From an uncultured Erysipelotrichaceae bacterium (GTDB lineage: Bacteria; Bacillota_I; Bacilli_A; Erysipelotrichales; Erysipelotrichaceae), in NCBI GenBank assembly GCA_944326095.1, contig CALVCO010000002.1, positions 3,386 through 67,385 of the forward strand: DNA of 64,000 nt, in the 5' to 3' direction. Shown one piece after another: positions 27,276 through 37,414 of the stretch. Numbering within the stretch: position 1 is the stretch's first letter; every line of letters starts with the position of its first letter. The position numbers were made by a program, and so were the translations under genes. Under the pieces are notes generated by a model. The model was given only the letters and a program-made list of their open reading frames with translations, was not told where the DNA came from and did no database searches.

Positions 27276-28832
27276 ATGATTAAGGCTATTATAAATGCAA
27301 ATATATATGGTAGTGAATTTCATAATATCGTATTTGATGAAAAGAGTATCATATATATAGGGGATGATATTTCTAAGTTTCAAGTTGATGAAACTATTGA
27401 TGCTTGTAAGATGAGCGTTTATCCAGGGTTTTATGATTCGCATATGCATCTTTTAGGTTTTGGTTTTTATTTGGCTAATCTTGATTTAAAAGATTGTAAA
27501 AATTTTGATGATATAAAAAAAATATTATTAACTAGGGTAAATGATGATAAATATCCTTGGATTATAGCTAGAGGTTTTAATGAAGATAAACTTGAAGAAA
27601 AAAGAATTATAACTAAACAAGAACTAGATGAAATTTGCGATAGTAAACCAATTTGTTTAACTAGATGCTGTGGACATATCATGGTATGTAATAGTAAAGC
27701 ATTACAACGTAGTGGAATGGAAAATGATGTAGAGGCAGATGGCTATGTAATTAATATAAATAGTGGTATTGTTAAAGAGAATGCTATAGAAGATGTTAAG
27801 ATGGCTTGGCCTTTAGCAGATGTAAAGACAATTAGTGAATATATTTTATTAGCATGTAAAAAATGTAATGAATATGGAATTACAGCAGTTGGAAGTGATG
27901 ATTTTATTTCAATAACTAGCGAATATGATGAAGTATTAGAAGCATTTGAAAAATTAGCTTTTCAACAAAAACTAACAGTTAGAGTAAATGAACAAGCTCA
28001 TTTTAATACTATCGAAGATTTCCAACGCTTTTTACATGATGGATATACATATGATGTTGGTAATGATTATTTTAGAATAGGACCTTTAAAACTTATTATG
28101 GATGGTTCTTTGGGAGCTAGAACTGCTTATTTATCTAAAAATTATGCAGATGCACCAAATACTAATGGATTTAATTGCTTATCACCTAAAGAATTAGAAG
28201 CATATATGACTTTAGCACAATATTATAATATGCCTTTTGCAATTCATGTTATTGGTGATAAAGCATTAGATATGGTTTTAGATACTTATGATAAAATAAA
28301 AATTGAAAATAATATCTTACCTAATGGTTTAGTTCATGTTCAAATTACCCGTAAAGATCAATTAAAAAGAATAATTGATAATAAATTACATTGTTATATT
28401 CAAAGTATTTTTATTGATTATGATGGAACAATTTTGAAAGAAAGAGTAGGTGATTTGGCTAAGAATAGTTATGCTTTTAAAACCTTATATGAGAATACAA
28501 ATGTATCTAATGGAAGTGATTGTCCAGTTGAGATGCCAGATGTCATAAAAGGAATAGACAAGGCTGTTAATCGAAAAGATGTTAATGGAAATTTAGTTAA
28601 CGAAGATGAAGCTTTAAGTGTGAAACAAGCTATCGACTCATTTACTATAAATGGTTATAAGATTTCTTTAGAAGATGGTGATAAAGGAAAGATTGCGGTA
28701 GGTTATAAACCAGATTTAGTAATATTAGATCAAGATTTAGAAAATATTCCTAAAGATAAGATTATTGATACTAAAGTAATAATGACTATTTTTGATGGTG
28801 AGGTTGTTTATGATCGTTACCAAAATAAGTAA
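27276..28832 (+). CDS. Metal-dependent amidohydrolase (Amidohydro_3, YtcJ-like)
   Basis: Start at ATG 27276 after SD aaaggagg. PGFYDSHMHLLGFG motif, HVIGD block and C-terminal GSDCPVE. Confidence 0.8.
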   Translation: MIKAIINANIYGSEFHNIVFDEKSIIYIGDDISKFQVDETIDACKMSVYPGFYDSHMHLLGFGFYLANLDLKDCKNFDDIKKILLTRVNDDKYPWIIARGFNEDKLEEKRIITKQELDEICDSKPICLTRCCGHIMVCNSKALQRSGMENDVEADGYVININSGIVKENAIEDVKMAWPLADVKTISEYILLACKKCNEYGITAVGSDDFISITSEYDEVLEAFEKLAFQQKLTVRVNEQAHFNTIEDFQRFLHDGYTYDVGNDYFRIGPLKLIMDGSLGARTAYLSKNYADAPNTNGFNCLSPKELEAYMTLAQYYNMPFAIHVIGDKALDMVLDTYDKIKIENNILPNGLVHVQITRKDQLKRIIDNKLHCYIQSIFIDYDGTILKERVGDLAKNSYAFKTLYENTNVSNGSDCPVEMPDVIKGIDKAVNRKDVNGNLVNEDEALSVKQAIDSFTINGYKISLEDGDKGKIAVGYKPDLVILDQDLENIPKDKIIDTKVIMTIFDGEVVYDRYQNK

Positions 28833-29295
28833 AGAAGATTATCAACAAGTTCTTGATATTTATAATTACTATATTGAAAATACGACTAGTACTTTTGAAA
28901 TTGAAAAATTGAATTTATTAGAATTTAGTAAAAGAATTGAAAGTATTAAAGAAAAATATCCATATTTAGTTATAAAAGATGATGATGTTGTATTAGGATA
29001 TGGTTATCTTAATTATTTTAATGAGCGCAAAGCTTATGATATTACTGGTGATTTATCAATATATATCGATCCTAAAAAATGTCATAAAGGTTTGGGGAAA
29101 AAGATTTGGCTAGCCTTACTTCTAGAAGCAAAAAAAATGGGATTATGTAATATTATTTCTATCATTACTTTAGAAAATGAAGCTAGTATCAATTTTCATA
29201 AAAAAATTGGTTTTTGCGAGGTTGGAAAGTTAACTGATGTAGGCATAAAATTTAATCGCAAACTTGGAGTAGGTTTTTATCAGTATAAAATATAG
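28810..29295 (+). CDS. GNAT N-acetyltransferase, phosphinothricin/MnaT-like subfamily
   Basis: Start at ATG 28810, overlapping the amidohydrolase 3' end by 23 nt. Blocks IYNYYIENTTSTFE, GLGKKI and NEASINFHKKIGF..G. Confidence 0.8.
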   Translation: MIVTKISKEDYQQVLDIYNYYIENTTSTFEIEKLNLLEFSKRIESIKEKYPYLVIKDDDVVLGYGYLNYFNERKAYDITGDLSIYIDPKKCHKGLGKKIWLALLLEAKKMGLCNIISIITLENEASINFHKKIGFCEVGKLTDVGIKFNRKLGVGFYQYKI

Positions 29296-29347
29296 AACAT
29301 TTTATAAATAAAGTGTTATAATAACAAACAGAAAGAAGAGGTTATTT

Positions 29348-30712
29348 ATGAAAACAGTTTGGGAAAAACATGAAAATTATAACGAAATTATGAATTTTAA
29401 TGAACAATATAAGGCTTATTTGAATGCTGCAAAAACGGAAAGAGAAGCTACAGATGAGGCATTGGCCTTAGCAATTGAACATGGTTTTAAATCATTAGAT
29501 AGCTATGAGGCTTTAAAACCAAATGATAAGGTATATTATGTAAATCGTAATAAGAATATTTGTTTATTCGTAATTGGTGAAGATAGCATATTAAAAGGTA
29601 TGAATATTCTTGGTGCTCATATTGATTCACCTAGAATTGATTTAAAACAAAATCCTTTATATGAACAAGATGGTTTAGCTTTATTTGATACTCATTATTA
29701 TGGTGGTATCAAGAAATATCAATGGGTTGCTTCTCCTTTAGCGATTCATGGAGTAGTATGCAAGAAAGATGGTAGCATTGTAAAGATTAGCGTTGGTGAA
29801 GATGATAATGATCCAGTTGTTGGTATTAGTGATTTATTAGTTCATCTTGCTGGTGATCAAATGCAAAAGAAAGCTAGTGTAGTTATTGAAGGTGAAGATT
29901 TAAATGTTTTAGTTGGTAGTATTCCTGCTAAAAATAGTGAAGAAAAAGAATTGGTTAAGCAAAATATTTTAAATCTTTTAAAAGAAAAATATGATATAGA
30001 AGAAGATGATTTTATTAGTGCTGAATTAGAAATAGTTCCTGCCGGAAAAGCTCGTGATTATGGCTTAGATCGTTCAATGATTATGTCTTATGGTCAAGAT
30101 GATAGAGTATGTGCTTATACAAGCCTAAGAGCTATTTTAGATGTTGAAAATGTTAAGCGAACAGCTTGTTGCATTTTAGTGGATAAAGAAGAAGTTGGAT
30201 CTATTGGTAATACAGGAATGCATTCACGCTCATTTGAAAATATTGTTTCTAAAGTATTAGATAAATTAGGTGTTTATTCTCCATTAAATTTAAATGAATG
30301 CTTCAGAAATTCATATATGTTATCTAGTGATGTAACTGTAGCATTTGATCCAAATTATCCTTCAGTATCTGAACCAAAAAATAGTGCATATTTTGGTAAA
30401 GGATTATGTTTTGCAAAATATACCGGTTCTAGAGGCAAGAGTGGTTGTAATGATGCTAATGCTGAATTTATGGCAAAGATTCGTAAAGTTATGGATGATA
30501 ATAATGTATACTTCCAAACTAGTGAGTTAGGTCGTGTTGATCAAGGTGGTGGCGGAACCATTGCTTATATTCTTGCTCAATTAGATATGGAAGTAATTGA
30601 TGCTGGAATTGCTGTTCAAAATATGCATGCCCAATATGAAGTTACTTCTAAAGCTGATGTTTATGAAGGCTATTTGGGCTATAAAGCATTCTTGAAAGAT
30701 ATGGATCGTTAA
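29348..30712 (+). CDS. Aminopeptidase, peptidase M18 family
   Basis: 454 aa. Blocks GAHIDSPRIDLK, DKEEVGS, QDDRVCAY and AVQNMHA. Confidence 0.85.
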   Translation: MKTVWEKHENYNEIMNFNEQYKAYLNAAKTEREATDEALALAIEHGFKSLDSYEALKPNDKVYYVNRNKNICLFVIGEDSILKGMNILGAHIDSPRIDLKQNPLYEQDGLALFDTHYYGGIKKYQWVASPLAIHGVVCKKDGSIVKISVGEDDNDPVVGISDLLVHLAGDQMQKKASVVIEGEDLNVLVGSIPAKNSEEKELVKQNILNLLKEKYDIEEDDFISAELEIVPAGKARDYGLDRSMIMSYGQDDRVCAYTSLRAILDVENVKRTACCILVDKEEVGSIGNTGMHSRSFENIVSKVLDKLGVYSPLNLNECFRNSYMLSSDVTVAFDPNYPSVSEPKNSAYFGKGLCFAKYTGSRGKSGCNDANAEFMAKIRKVMDDNNVYFQTSELGRVDQGGGGTIAYILAQLDMEVIDAGIAVQNMHAQYEVTSKADVYEGYLGYKAFLKDMDR

Positions 30713-30736
30713 GATACCGCTTGCGGTATCTTTTTT
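30713..30736 (+). terminator. Rho-independent terminator
   Basis: Stem gataccgc/gcggtatc followed by TTTTTT. It ends exactly at the next ATG. Confidence 0.8.
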
Positions 30737-31282
30737 ATGGAAGAATATTTAAAGAATGCTTTCTTAAGATATCAGCGAAAAAATAAAATACTTTTTAATA
30801 AAAATGATTATATTATTGAATATATTCAATCATTATTAAATCAATATGATCGTCCTTGCATAACATTATGGGCATTAACTCTTGCTCAAGAAATGGCAGA
30901 TTATTTATTTTCAATTAATTCAAAAGAATTACAATTTTTAAAGACAGTAGATATATGCAAATTATGGGCACAGGGAAAATGTAAAATGCCAATTGCAAAA
31001 AAGGAAATTTTAATATCTCATCAATTAGCTAATGATTATAATACTGAAAATAATTGTTTTATTCATGCATTAGCACAAGGGTGTAGTGCTTGTCATACTA
31101 TCAAACATGCGATAGGTTATCCAATATATGAATTAAGTGGTTATGTTTATAAGTATGGATTTGAAAATGTGGAGTATCATATTAAAAATCGTATAAAATA
31201 TTATGAAGAATTATTGATTGAATGTGATAATAAAAAAGATTCAATAGTTTGGGCAAAATTTATAACAAATAAAAAACCATAA
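30737..31282 (+). CDS. All-alpha hypothetical protein, resembles Imm-5-like putative immunity proteins
   Basis: 181 aa. The pattern LWALTLAQEMADYLF ... KLWAQGKCKMPIAKKEIL..H..A ... ALAQGCSACHTIKHAIGYPIY fits my memory of that family. No SD, and the ATG abuts the upstream terminator T-run. Confidence 0.4.
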   Translation: MEEYLKNAFLRYQRKNKILFNKNDYIIEYIQSLLNQYDRPCITLWALTLAQEMADYLFSINSKELQFLKTVDICKLWAQGKCKMPIAKKEILISHQLANDYNTENNCFIHALAQGCSACHTIKHAIGYPIYELSGYVYKYGFENVEYHIKNRIKYYEELLIECDNKKDSIVWAKFITNKKP

Positions 31283-31303
31283 CTTTCAAAATGATAGTTA
31301 TGG
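31271..31303 (-). terminator. rpsD terminator
   Basis: Stem ccataact/agttatgg, with the T-run on the minus strand (A-run 31271-31276 on +). Confidence 0.65.
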
Positions 31304-31320
31304 TTATATTTTTAAGCTTA

Positions 31321-31923
31321 TTATCTATTGTAGAATTCAACTACTAATAATTCGTTAACTTCTTGATTTAATTCGCTTCTTTCAGGTAATCTAACATATT
31401 TACCTTTTTTATTTTCTTTGTCTACTTCAACGAAAGCAACAGTATTTAAAGTTGCTTCTAAAGCTTCATTGATTGCTTTCATGTTACGACTAGTTTCTTT
31501 TACTTCAATTGTAGAACCAGGTTTAACGATAAAGCTAGGGATATCAACTTTATTACTATTTACTAGAATGTGACCGTGGTTAACTAATTGTCTTGCAGCA
31601 CGTCTAGTTCTTGCAAAACCTAAACGATAAACTAAGTTATCTAATCTTGATTCTAATAAGAATAAGAAGTTACTACCAGTAACGCCTTCCATTTTAGTAG
31701 CTCTTAAGTAAGTATTCTTGAATTGACGTTCATTTAAACCATATAGGTTTCTGATACGTTGTTTTTCTCTTAACTGAATACCATAGTTACTTAATTTTAC
31801 ACGTTTTGTTGGTCCGTGTTGACCAGGAGCATAAGCTCTCTTTTTTAATTCTTCGCCAGTTTCTAAAATTGAAAAACCTAAACGTCTTGATGTTTTCCAA
31901 ACTGGTCCAGTGTTTCTTGCCAT
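31321..31923 (-). CDS. rpsD: 30S ribosomal protein S4
   Basis: 200 aa. Begins [16 protein letters not shown]; contains an S4 RNA-binding domain ([30 protein letters not shown]). Confidence 0.97.
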   Translation of the reverse strand: MARNTGPVWKTSRRLGFSILETGEELKKRAYAPGQHGPTKRVKLSNYGIQLREKQRIRNLYGLNERQFKNTYLRATKMEGVTGSNFLFLLESRLDNLVYRLGFARTRRAARQLVNHGHILVNSNKVDIPSFIVKPGSTIEVKETSRNMKAINEALEATLNTVAFVEVDKENKKGKYVRLPERSELNQEVNELLVVEFYNR

Positions 31924-32086
31924 TTTCTTCCTCCTTGTTATTTTGGCTCATAATAACAGGTGTAAATCATTTTATAGGGGTGTTGATATTAAGCTATTTC
32001 GCTTATTGCAGCAAGTTACTTTAGCAACAGCTATACTGATATCAACGCAAACAATATAAAACTTTACATGCTGCCATCATTGACGC
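31924..32086 (-). promoter_or_regulatory. Structured 5' leader of rpsD (candidate S4 autoregulatory element)
   Basis: About 160 nt lie between the predicted -10 and the ATG. There is a nested helix GUUGAUAU...AUAUCAAC enclosing AGCU/AGCU. A hairpin CCUGUUAUU...AAUAACAAGG pairs with part of the SD (AAGGAGG). Confidence 0.45.
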
Positions 32087-32092
32087 TGTAAA

Positions 32093-32121
32093 ATTGTATC
32101 AAATAGATTGCTTAATGTCAA
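32093..32121 (-). promoter_or_regulatory. rpsD sigma-A-type promoter
   Basis: On the minus strand: TTGACA (32121-32116), 17 nt, TACAAT (32098-32093). Confidence 0.6.
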
Positions 32122-32186
32122 TTTTTTTTACCCATTATTGTTAAAAATATGATACTATAGTAAACGTATGAGAGGGTGTTTATTTA

Positions 32187-33914
32187 ATGGATGCTGTAAT
32201 TAGTTTCTTATCAAGGATTGAAGTAATCATTGCGATAATTGCATTGATAATTATATTAGTTGTTTATTTAATAGTACATAGAATGACTATTAGTAGATAT
32301 CGTAAAGAATTTAATAAATTAGAAGTACGATATAATTCAATTAAAAGTATACCTTTACCATTTAAGTTAAATAAAGCGGTAGCGATTGCTAAAGTTGATA
32401 GTAAGATTATGGAGAGTGTTAATAATTGTCAATTAGATTTTGAACAATGTCAAAATAATCTTCGTTCTATTGCTGAAGAATTAGCAGATGCTGATGATAA
32501 TCTTGTGATGGGTAAGACTAAACCAGTTAAGCAAATGCTACTTGATTTAGAAGCAGCAATTGATTTAGGGGAAAAACAAGTTGATAAATTAAATGTTTTT
32601 TTAGATAGCATTTTAGAAAAAGAAACAAATCAAAGAGCGAAAGTTACAGCACTTAAAGAACAATTTAGAAATTTAAAAAGTGTTGCTAATGATAAGAGCC
32701 AATTAGTTGCTTTTTCTTGGCCTCAATTTGAATTGAAGCTTAGTGATGTTGAAAAGATGTTTTCTGCTTTTGAAGAGTGGATGTATGCTTCAGATTATGA
32801 AAAAGCAACTCAAGAGCTTAAATTGATAGAATCTTCAATTGGACAAATTGAATATTTAAATGAGAATTTAGCTAAGATTATCCAAGCTGCTAGATATACT
32901 TTGCCTGATTATATGGCAGATATTAATAAGCGCTATAATCAATTAAAGGAAAAAGATATAGTTTTAACTCATTTAGAGGTTGAAAATAAGCTAAATGAAA
33001 TTGCTACTAGTTTAAAATATGATTTAGATAAGATTAAAAATTGTGAGCTTGATGGCATTAAAGATAATTTAAAAGATTATCATGAACGCTTAGTTAAACT
33101 TGATGAAGATTTACAAAAAGAAGATAGTTCTTATAGTGCGATTAACAAGATTAGAGATGATATAAAGAGTATTTTAAAAGAATCTAGTCAATCGATGTCT
33201 TATATTAAAGATGAATTTGAAAAAGCTAAAATTCGCTTTGGTATTGAAAATTTGGAAGAATTATTAGAAATTGCAGAAAAAACAACAAAAGAAATCCAAG
33301 ATGATGTTGATAAAATCTATGAACAAATAAATGAAGAAGAGTTACCATATAGTGTTGCGAGCGATAAACTTGAAGAATTATTGCAAAAGGCTGAAGATAT
33401 AAATAAACAACTTAAAGAAAATCAAGATCGTTTGAATATGGCAAAAGGCGATGAAGAAAGAGCTAATAAACAATTGTTAAAATTGCAAATAATCATGAAT
33501 CAAATGCAAGTTAAGATTCGTACTAGTCGCTTACCTTCTATTTCTTCACAATATGAAGAAGATTTGAGTAAAGCTTTTGAATATATCTATAGTATTAAAA
33601 CTTTAATTGCTGAAACACCTTTAAATGTTAAACTTCTTAATTCTACTTTGAATGATGCAATAGATTTTATATATAAATTGTGGAATAATGTTAATAATGT
33701 AGTTGGAACTGCTTTAATGGTAGAAAATACTATTGTGTTTGGTAATAAATATCGTTCTACTTATGCAGATATTGATTCTGAATTGACTAGAGCGGAATTG
33801 TGTTTTAGAAATGGTGAATATACTCAAGCATTAAAAATTGCGATTGCAACAATTGAAAAGATTCATCCAGGAAGTTATGAAAAATTAATTAAGGAGAATT
33901 CAACAAGTGCGTAA
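32187..33914 (+). CDS. ezrA: Septation ring formation regulator EzrA
   Basis: 575 aa. Single N-terminal TM, then long coiled-coil repeats. Divergent from rpsD and upstream of nifZ-thiI, as in Bacillus and Staphylococcus. Confidence 0.85.
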   Translation: MDAVISFLSRIEVIIAIIALIIILVVYLIVHRMTISRYRKEFNKLEVRYNSIKSIPLPFKLNKAVAIAKVDSKIMESVNNCQLDFEQCQNNLRSIAEELADADDNLVMGKTKPVKQMLLDLEAAIDLGEKQVDKLNVFLDSILEKETNQRAKVTALKEQFRNLKSVANDKSQLVAFSWPQFELKLSDVEKMFSAFEEWMYASDYEKATQELKLIESSIGQIEYLNENLAKIIQAARYTLPDYMADINKRYNQLKEKDIVLTHLEVENKLNEIATSLKYDLDKIKNCELDGIKDNLKDYHERLVKLDEDLQKEDSSYSAINKIRDDIKSILKESSQSMSYIKDEFEKAKIRFGIENLEELLEIAEKTTKEIQDDVDKIYEQINEEELPYSVASDKLEELLQKAEDINKQLKENQDRLNMAKGDEERANKQLLKLQIIMNQMQVKIRTSRLPSISSQYEEDLSKAFEYIYSIKTLIAETPLNVKLLNSTLNDAIDFIYKLWNNVNNVVGTALMVENTIVFGNKYRSTYADIDSELTRAELCFRNGEYTQALKIAIATIEKIHPGSYEKLIKENSTSA

Positions 33915-35034
33915 GTTGTATCTTGATTGTGCAAGTACTACAAAGGTTCATCCAGAAATTTATAATGCTTATATTAAACTTTTAGCTGATGAATATTATA
34001 ATGTTGATGCATTATATGATGATGCTACAAAAGTTAAAAGCATGATGGAAAAAAGTAGGGATGCTATTGCTAAAATGTTAAATATTAAAAGTGATGAAAT
34101 CATTTTTACAAGTGGATCTTCAGAAGCTAATAGTACAGCTATTAAAGGAGTAGCTTTAAAATACCAAAGTGTTGGTAAACATATTATTACTTCGGCTTAT
34201 GAACATGCTAGTGTATTAAATGCTATGCAACAATTAGAAAATGATTTTGGTTTTGAAGTGACATATTTGAAACCAAATAAACAAGGTATTATCAGTGTTG
34301 AAATGGTTAAGAATGTGATAAAAGATAATACTATATTAGTTAGCATTATGCATGTAAATAATGAGATAGGGGCAATTAATCCTGTTGAGCAAATAGCTCA
34401 TTATGTGAAATATAATAGTAAAGCTTTTATGCATGTTGATGAAACGCAAGCTATAGGTAAATTACCTATAAATCTCAAAGATATAGATTTAGCTAGTATT
34501 TCTGCTCATAAAATTGAAGGCTTAAAGGGTAGTGGAATTTTAGTTAAGAAAAAACATGTTAATTTATTGCCTTTAATTAATGGTGGACAACAGGAACAAA
34601 ATTTACGTGGAGGTACTAGTAATTCTTTAGTAAATATTTTATTTGCGAAGACCTTACGAATTGCCTTTGAAAATCAACTAAAGTATCATGAAAAGATGAT
34701 CGAGTTGCATGATCATCTTTTAGCTATGTTAAAAAATATCCCTCAAATAACTATTAATAGTTTGGAACCTAGTGTACCTTCAATTATTAATATTTCATGT
34801 AGTTCTTTAACTAGTGAAGTTATGTTAAATGCATTAAATGCTAGAGGTATAATGGTTAGTGCCTTAAGTACGTGTCATTCTAAAATGAATACATCACATG
34901 TATTAGAAAGTTTAGGATATGACTATCAAAGAATTATTCATAGTTTACGTATAAGTTTTGACTATCATACTACTATTGATGATTTAGACTATTTCATTAA
35001 GAATTTAAAGGAGATTATAAATATATATGATTAA
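33907..35034 (+). CDS. nifZ: Cysteine desulfurase (class V aminotransferase) partnered with ThiI
   Basis: 375 aa, GTG start after SD aaggag. PLP lysine block SISAHKIEGLKG and Cys loop LSTCHS. Overlaps thiI. Confidence 0.8.
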   Translation: MRKLYLDCASTTKVHPEIYNAYIKLLADEYYNVDALYDDATKVKSMMEKSRDAIAKMLNIKSDEIIFTSGSSEANSTAIKGVALKYQSVGKHIITSAYEHASVLNAMQQLENDFGFEVTYLKPNKQGIISVEMVKNVIKDNTILVSIMHVNNEIGAINPVEQIAHYVKYNSKAFMHVDETQAIGKLPINLKDIDLASISAHKIEGLKGSGILVKKKHVNLLPLINGGQQEQNLRGGTSNSLVNILFAKTLRIAFENQLKYHEKMIELHDHLLAMLKNIPQITINSLEPSVPSIINISCSSLTSEVMLNALNARGIMVSALSTCHSKMNTSHVLESLGYDYQRIIHSLRISFDYHTTIDDLDYFIKNLKEIINIYD

Positions 35035-36214
35035 ATATGATACCGTATTGATAAGATATGGCGAATTAAGTACCAAAGGTAAAAATCGCAAACAATTTGT
35101 AACAAAATTGCTTAATAATATAAAAAATTCGATGAGCGATCTTGATAAGTTAGAATATCGTCAAACTTATGAAAGAATTTATATTAAATTAAATGATACA
35201 GATCCAAAGATTGTTTCTGATCGTTTAAAGGAGGTTTTTGGAATTAGTTCTTTTTCTTTAACACAAAAAGTTAAAAGTGATATCGATGTTATAGTAGAAG
35301 CAAGTTATAAAGCTTCTTTGGAAGAAAAAGGAACTTTTAAAGTAATTGCTAGACGTAATGATAAGAGTTTTCCATATATTTCTGATCAAATAAATCGTAT
35401 GGTTGCTTCAAAGATTTTAAAAGAAACTGAGCATAAAGTTGATGTTCATAATCCAGATTTTAAAATTTATATTGAAGTTTTTGAAGATGGTACTTATATT
35501 ACATGCAACAAGATTGAAGGAGCTCATGGTTATCCTACAGGTATTAATGGTAAAAGCTTAATGTTATTATCTGGAGGAATTGATTCTCCTGTTGCAGGAT
35601 ATTTGATGATGAAAAGAGGTATAGCATGTGAGGCTATTCATTTTGCTGCTCCTCCATATACTTCAAATTTAGCAAGGGAGAAAGTTTTATCTTTAGCCTC
35701 AATTATCAGTAAATATCAAGGTGGAAAGATGAAGGTTCATATTGTTAATTTTACTTCATTACAAAAGGCTATTTATGATAATTGTCATGATGCTTATGCT
35801 ATTACTATAATGCGTAGAATGATGGTTAGAATCGCGGAAATTATAGCTAAACAAAATAATTGTCTAGCAATAAGTACCGGAGAGAGTTTAGGACAAGTAG
35901 CATCACAAACTTTAGAAAGTGTTCAATGTATAAATGAAGTAACTAATTTTCCAATTATTCGTCCGGTTGTTACTTATGATAAAGAAGAAATTATTGATTT
36001 AGCTAAAAAAATAGGTACTTTTGAAACATCTATTCTTCCTTATGAAGATTGTTGTACTATTTTTGATCCTAAGAATCCGGTTACTAAACCTACAATTCAT
36101 AAAGCACAAGAGTTAGAATGTCGTTTTGATTTTCAATCTTATATTCAAGAATGTATTGACAATATAGAAACAATTTGTGTTAATATGAATGAGAAAGATG
36201 AAGATTATTTATAG
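35027..36214 (+). CDS. thiI: tRNA 4-thiouridine synthase ThiI (no rhodanese domain)
   Basis: 395 aa. THUMP-containing N-terminus and PP-loop LLSGGIDSPVA. Confidence 0.92.
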   Translation: MIKYDTVLIRYGELSTKGKNRKQFVTKLLNNIKNSMSDLDKLEYRQTYERIYIKLNDTDPKIVSDRLKEVFGISSFSLTQKVKSDIDVIVEASYKASLEEKGTFKVIARRNDKSFPYISDQINRMVASKILKETEHKVDVHNPDFKIYIEVFEDGTYITCNKIEGAHGYPTGINGKSLMLLSGGIDSPVAGYLMMKRGIACEAIHFAAPPYTSNLAREKVLSLASIISKYQGGKMKVHIVNFTSLQKAIYDNCHDAYAITIMRRMMVRIAEIIAKQNNCLAISTGESLGQVASQTLESVQCINEVTNFPIIRPVVTYDKEEIIDLAKKIGTFETSILPYEDCCTIFDPKNPVTKPTIHKAQELECRFDFQSYIQECIDNIETICVNMNEKDEDYL

Positions 36215-36222
36215 GTATTATT

Positions 36223-36462
36223 ATGTTTAGAAAAAAGGATAAAGCATTTGCTGCAAAAGTAGAAAAAGTTATTAATGCAAATATTCATGATGAAACTCGT
36301 TTTCATCAAGCTTTGATGGAATTAGGATCTATTGTACAAAATAAAGATAATATTTCGGAAAATCAGAAATTGATTATATATGATTTAATTGCTAGATTGC
36401 AAAATAGTTTATCAGATAAAGATCGTCAAAAATTAATAAAAAAATTAATAAAAAAATTTTAA
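36223..36462 (+). CDS. Hypothetical 79-aa protein
   Basis: An open frame directly after thiI with a Lys-rich C-terminus (KLIKKLIKKF). No recognisable family. Confidence 0.35.
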   Translation: MFRKKDKAFAAKVEKVINANIHDETRFHQALMELGSIVQNKDNISENQKLIIYDLIARLQNSLSDKDRQKLIKKLIKKF

Positions 36463-36468
36463 AAAATA

Positions 36469-36500
36469 CCCTTATAGTCCAATTTGCTATAAGGGTTTTA
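36469..36500. terminator. Bidirectional terminator
   Basis: 9-bp stem cccttatag/ctataaggg, with an A-run upstream and a T-run downstream. Lies between convergent genes. Confidence 0.7.
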
Positions 36501-37358
36501 TTAATATGTTGTTGTAGTTTCTTCTTGATGATTTAAGCGATATAAAACAATTTCAGGATATGCAAGAAAGCGTGCCGAACTACCAATACTTCCAACTCCA
36601 TTTGATATATCTAAGATATAATTATCATTTACATTATGTTTTCCACTAAGAGCTAAATTGGCTTGTTCAACTTCATAGGTTGTACCAAAAATATAATTAA
36701 TTTGGCCACCATGAGTATGACCGGCAATAAAATAATCAATTCTATCATCTGGTAGTTCTAATACCGTATCAGGAGTATGAGAGATTACAATATTATAACT
36801 ATTTGGACCTACATCAATAAAAGCATCAGAAATATTATCATAATTACCAATAGTACAATCTATACCAATAAGGGTAATACTTTGAGAACCGGTATTGCGG
36901 ATTTTTAAAGCTTTATTAGATAATATTTCAATATTACTATTTTGCATTATTTGTATGACTAAATCAATTTGTTGATGATCATATTCACCTAATACGGCAA
37001 ATTTTCCAAGTCTTGCATCTATGGAAGAGAGTGCAGAAGTTATTTCGTCAATTTGTTCTTGGGTATAACTTTCATCACTAATTAAATCACCACCAAATAA
37101 TAAAATATCTGGTGCACAATTATTAATAGTATCAATTAGTTTTTGTAGTCTAGTTCCATGCATATTACTTCCATAATGAAGATCACTAAAATAAACTATA
37201 TTAATATCATTTAGTTGTTCTGGTATTTTTTCATTGCTAAGAGTTTCATAACGAACGTTAAAACGACTTGGCGCAACATATATAGAATCGTACACCAAGC
37301 TAATTGTTAATATGGTAAGTATCAGTAAAATAATAATAATTTTTTTTATTACGCTCAT
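36501..37358 (-). CDS. Membrane-anchored metallophosphoesterase (YkuE-like)
   Basis: 285 aa. N-terminal TM. Motifs SDLHYG, GGDL, GEYDH and GHTHGGQ. Confidence 0.85.
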   Translation of the reverse strand: MSVIKKIIIILLILTILTISLVYDSIYVAPSRFNVRYETLSNEKIPEQLNDINIVYFSDLHYGSNMHGTRLQKLIDTINNCAPDILLFGGDLISDESYTQEQIDEITSALSSIDARLGKFAVLGEYDHQQIDLVIQIMQNSNIEILSNKALKIRNTGSQSITLIGIDCTIGNYDNISDAFIDVGPNSYNIVISHTPDTVLELPDDRIDYFIAGHTHGGQINYIFGTTYEVEQANLALSGKHNVNDNYILDISNGVGSIGSSARFLAYPEIVLYRLNHQEETTTTY

Positions 37359-37414
37359 ATTACTCCTAGCATTTAAAACTATTATATTATACTATATTAT
37401 ACATGAGGTAGGTT

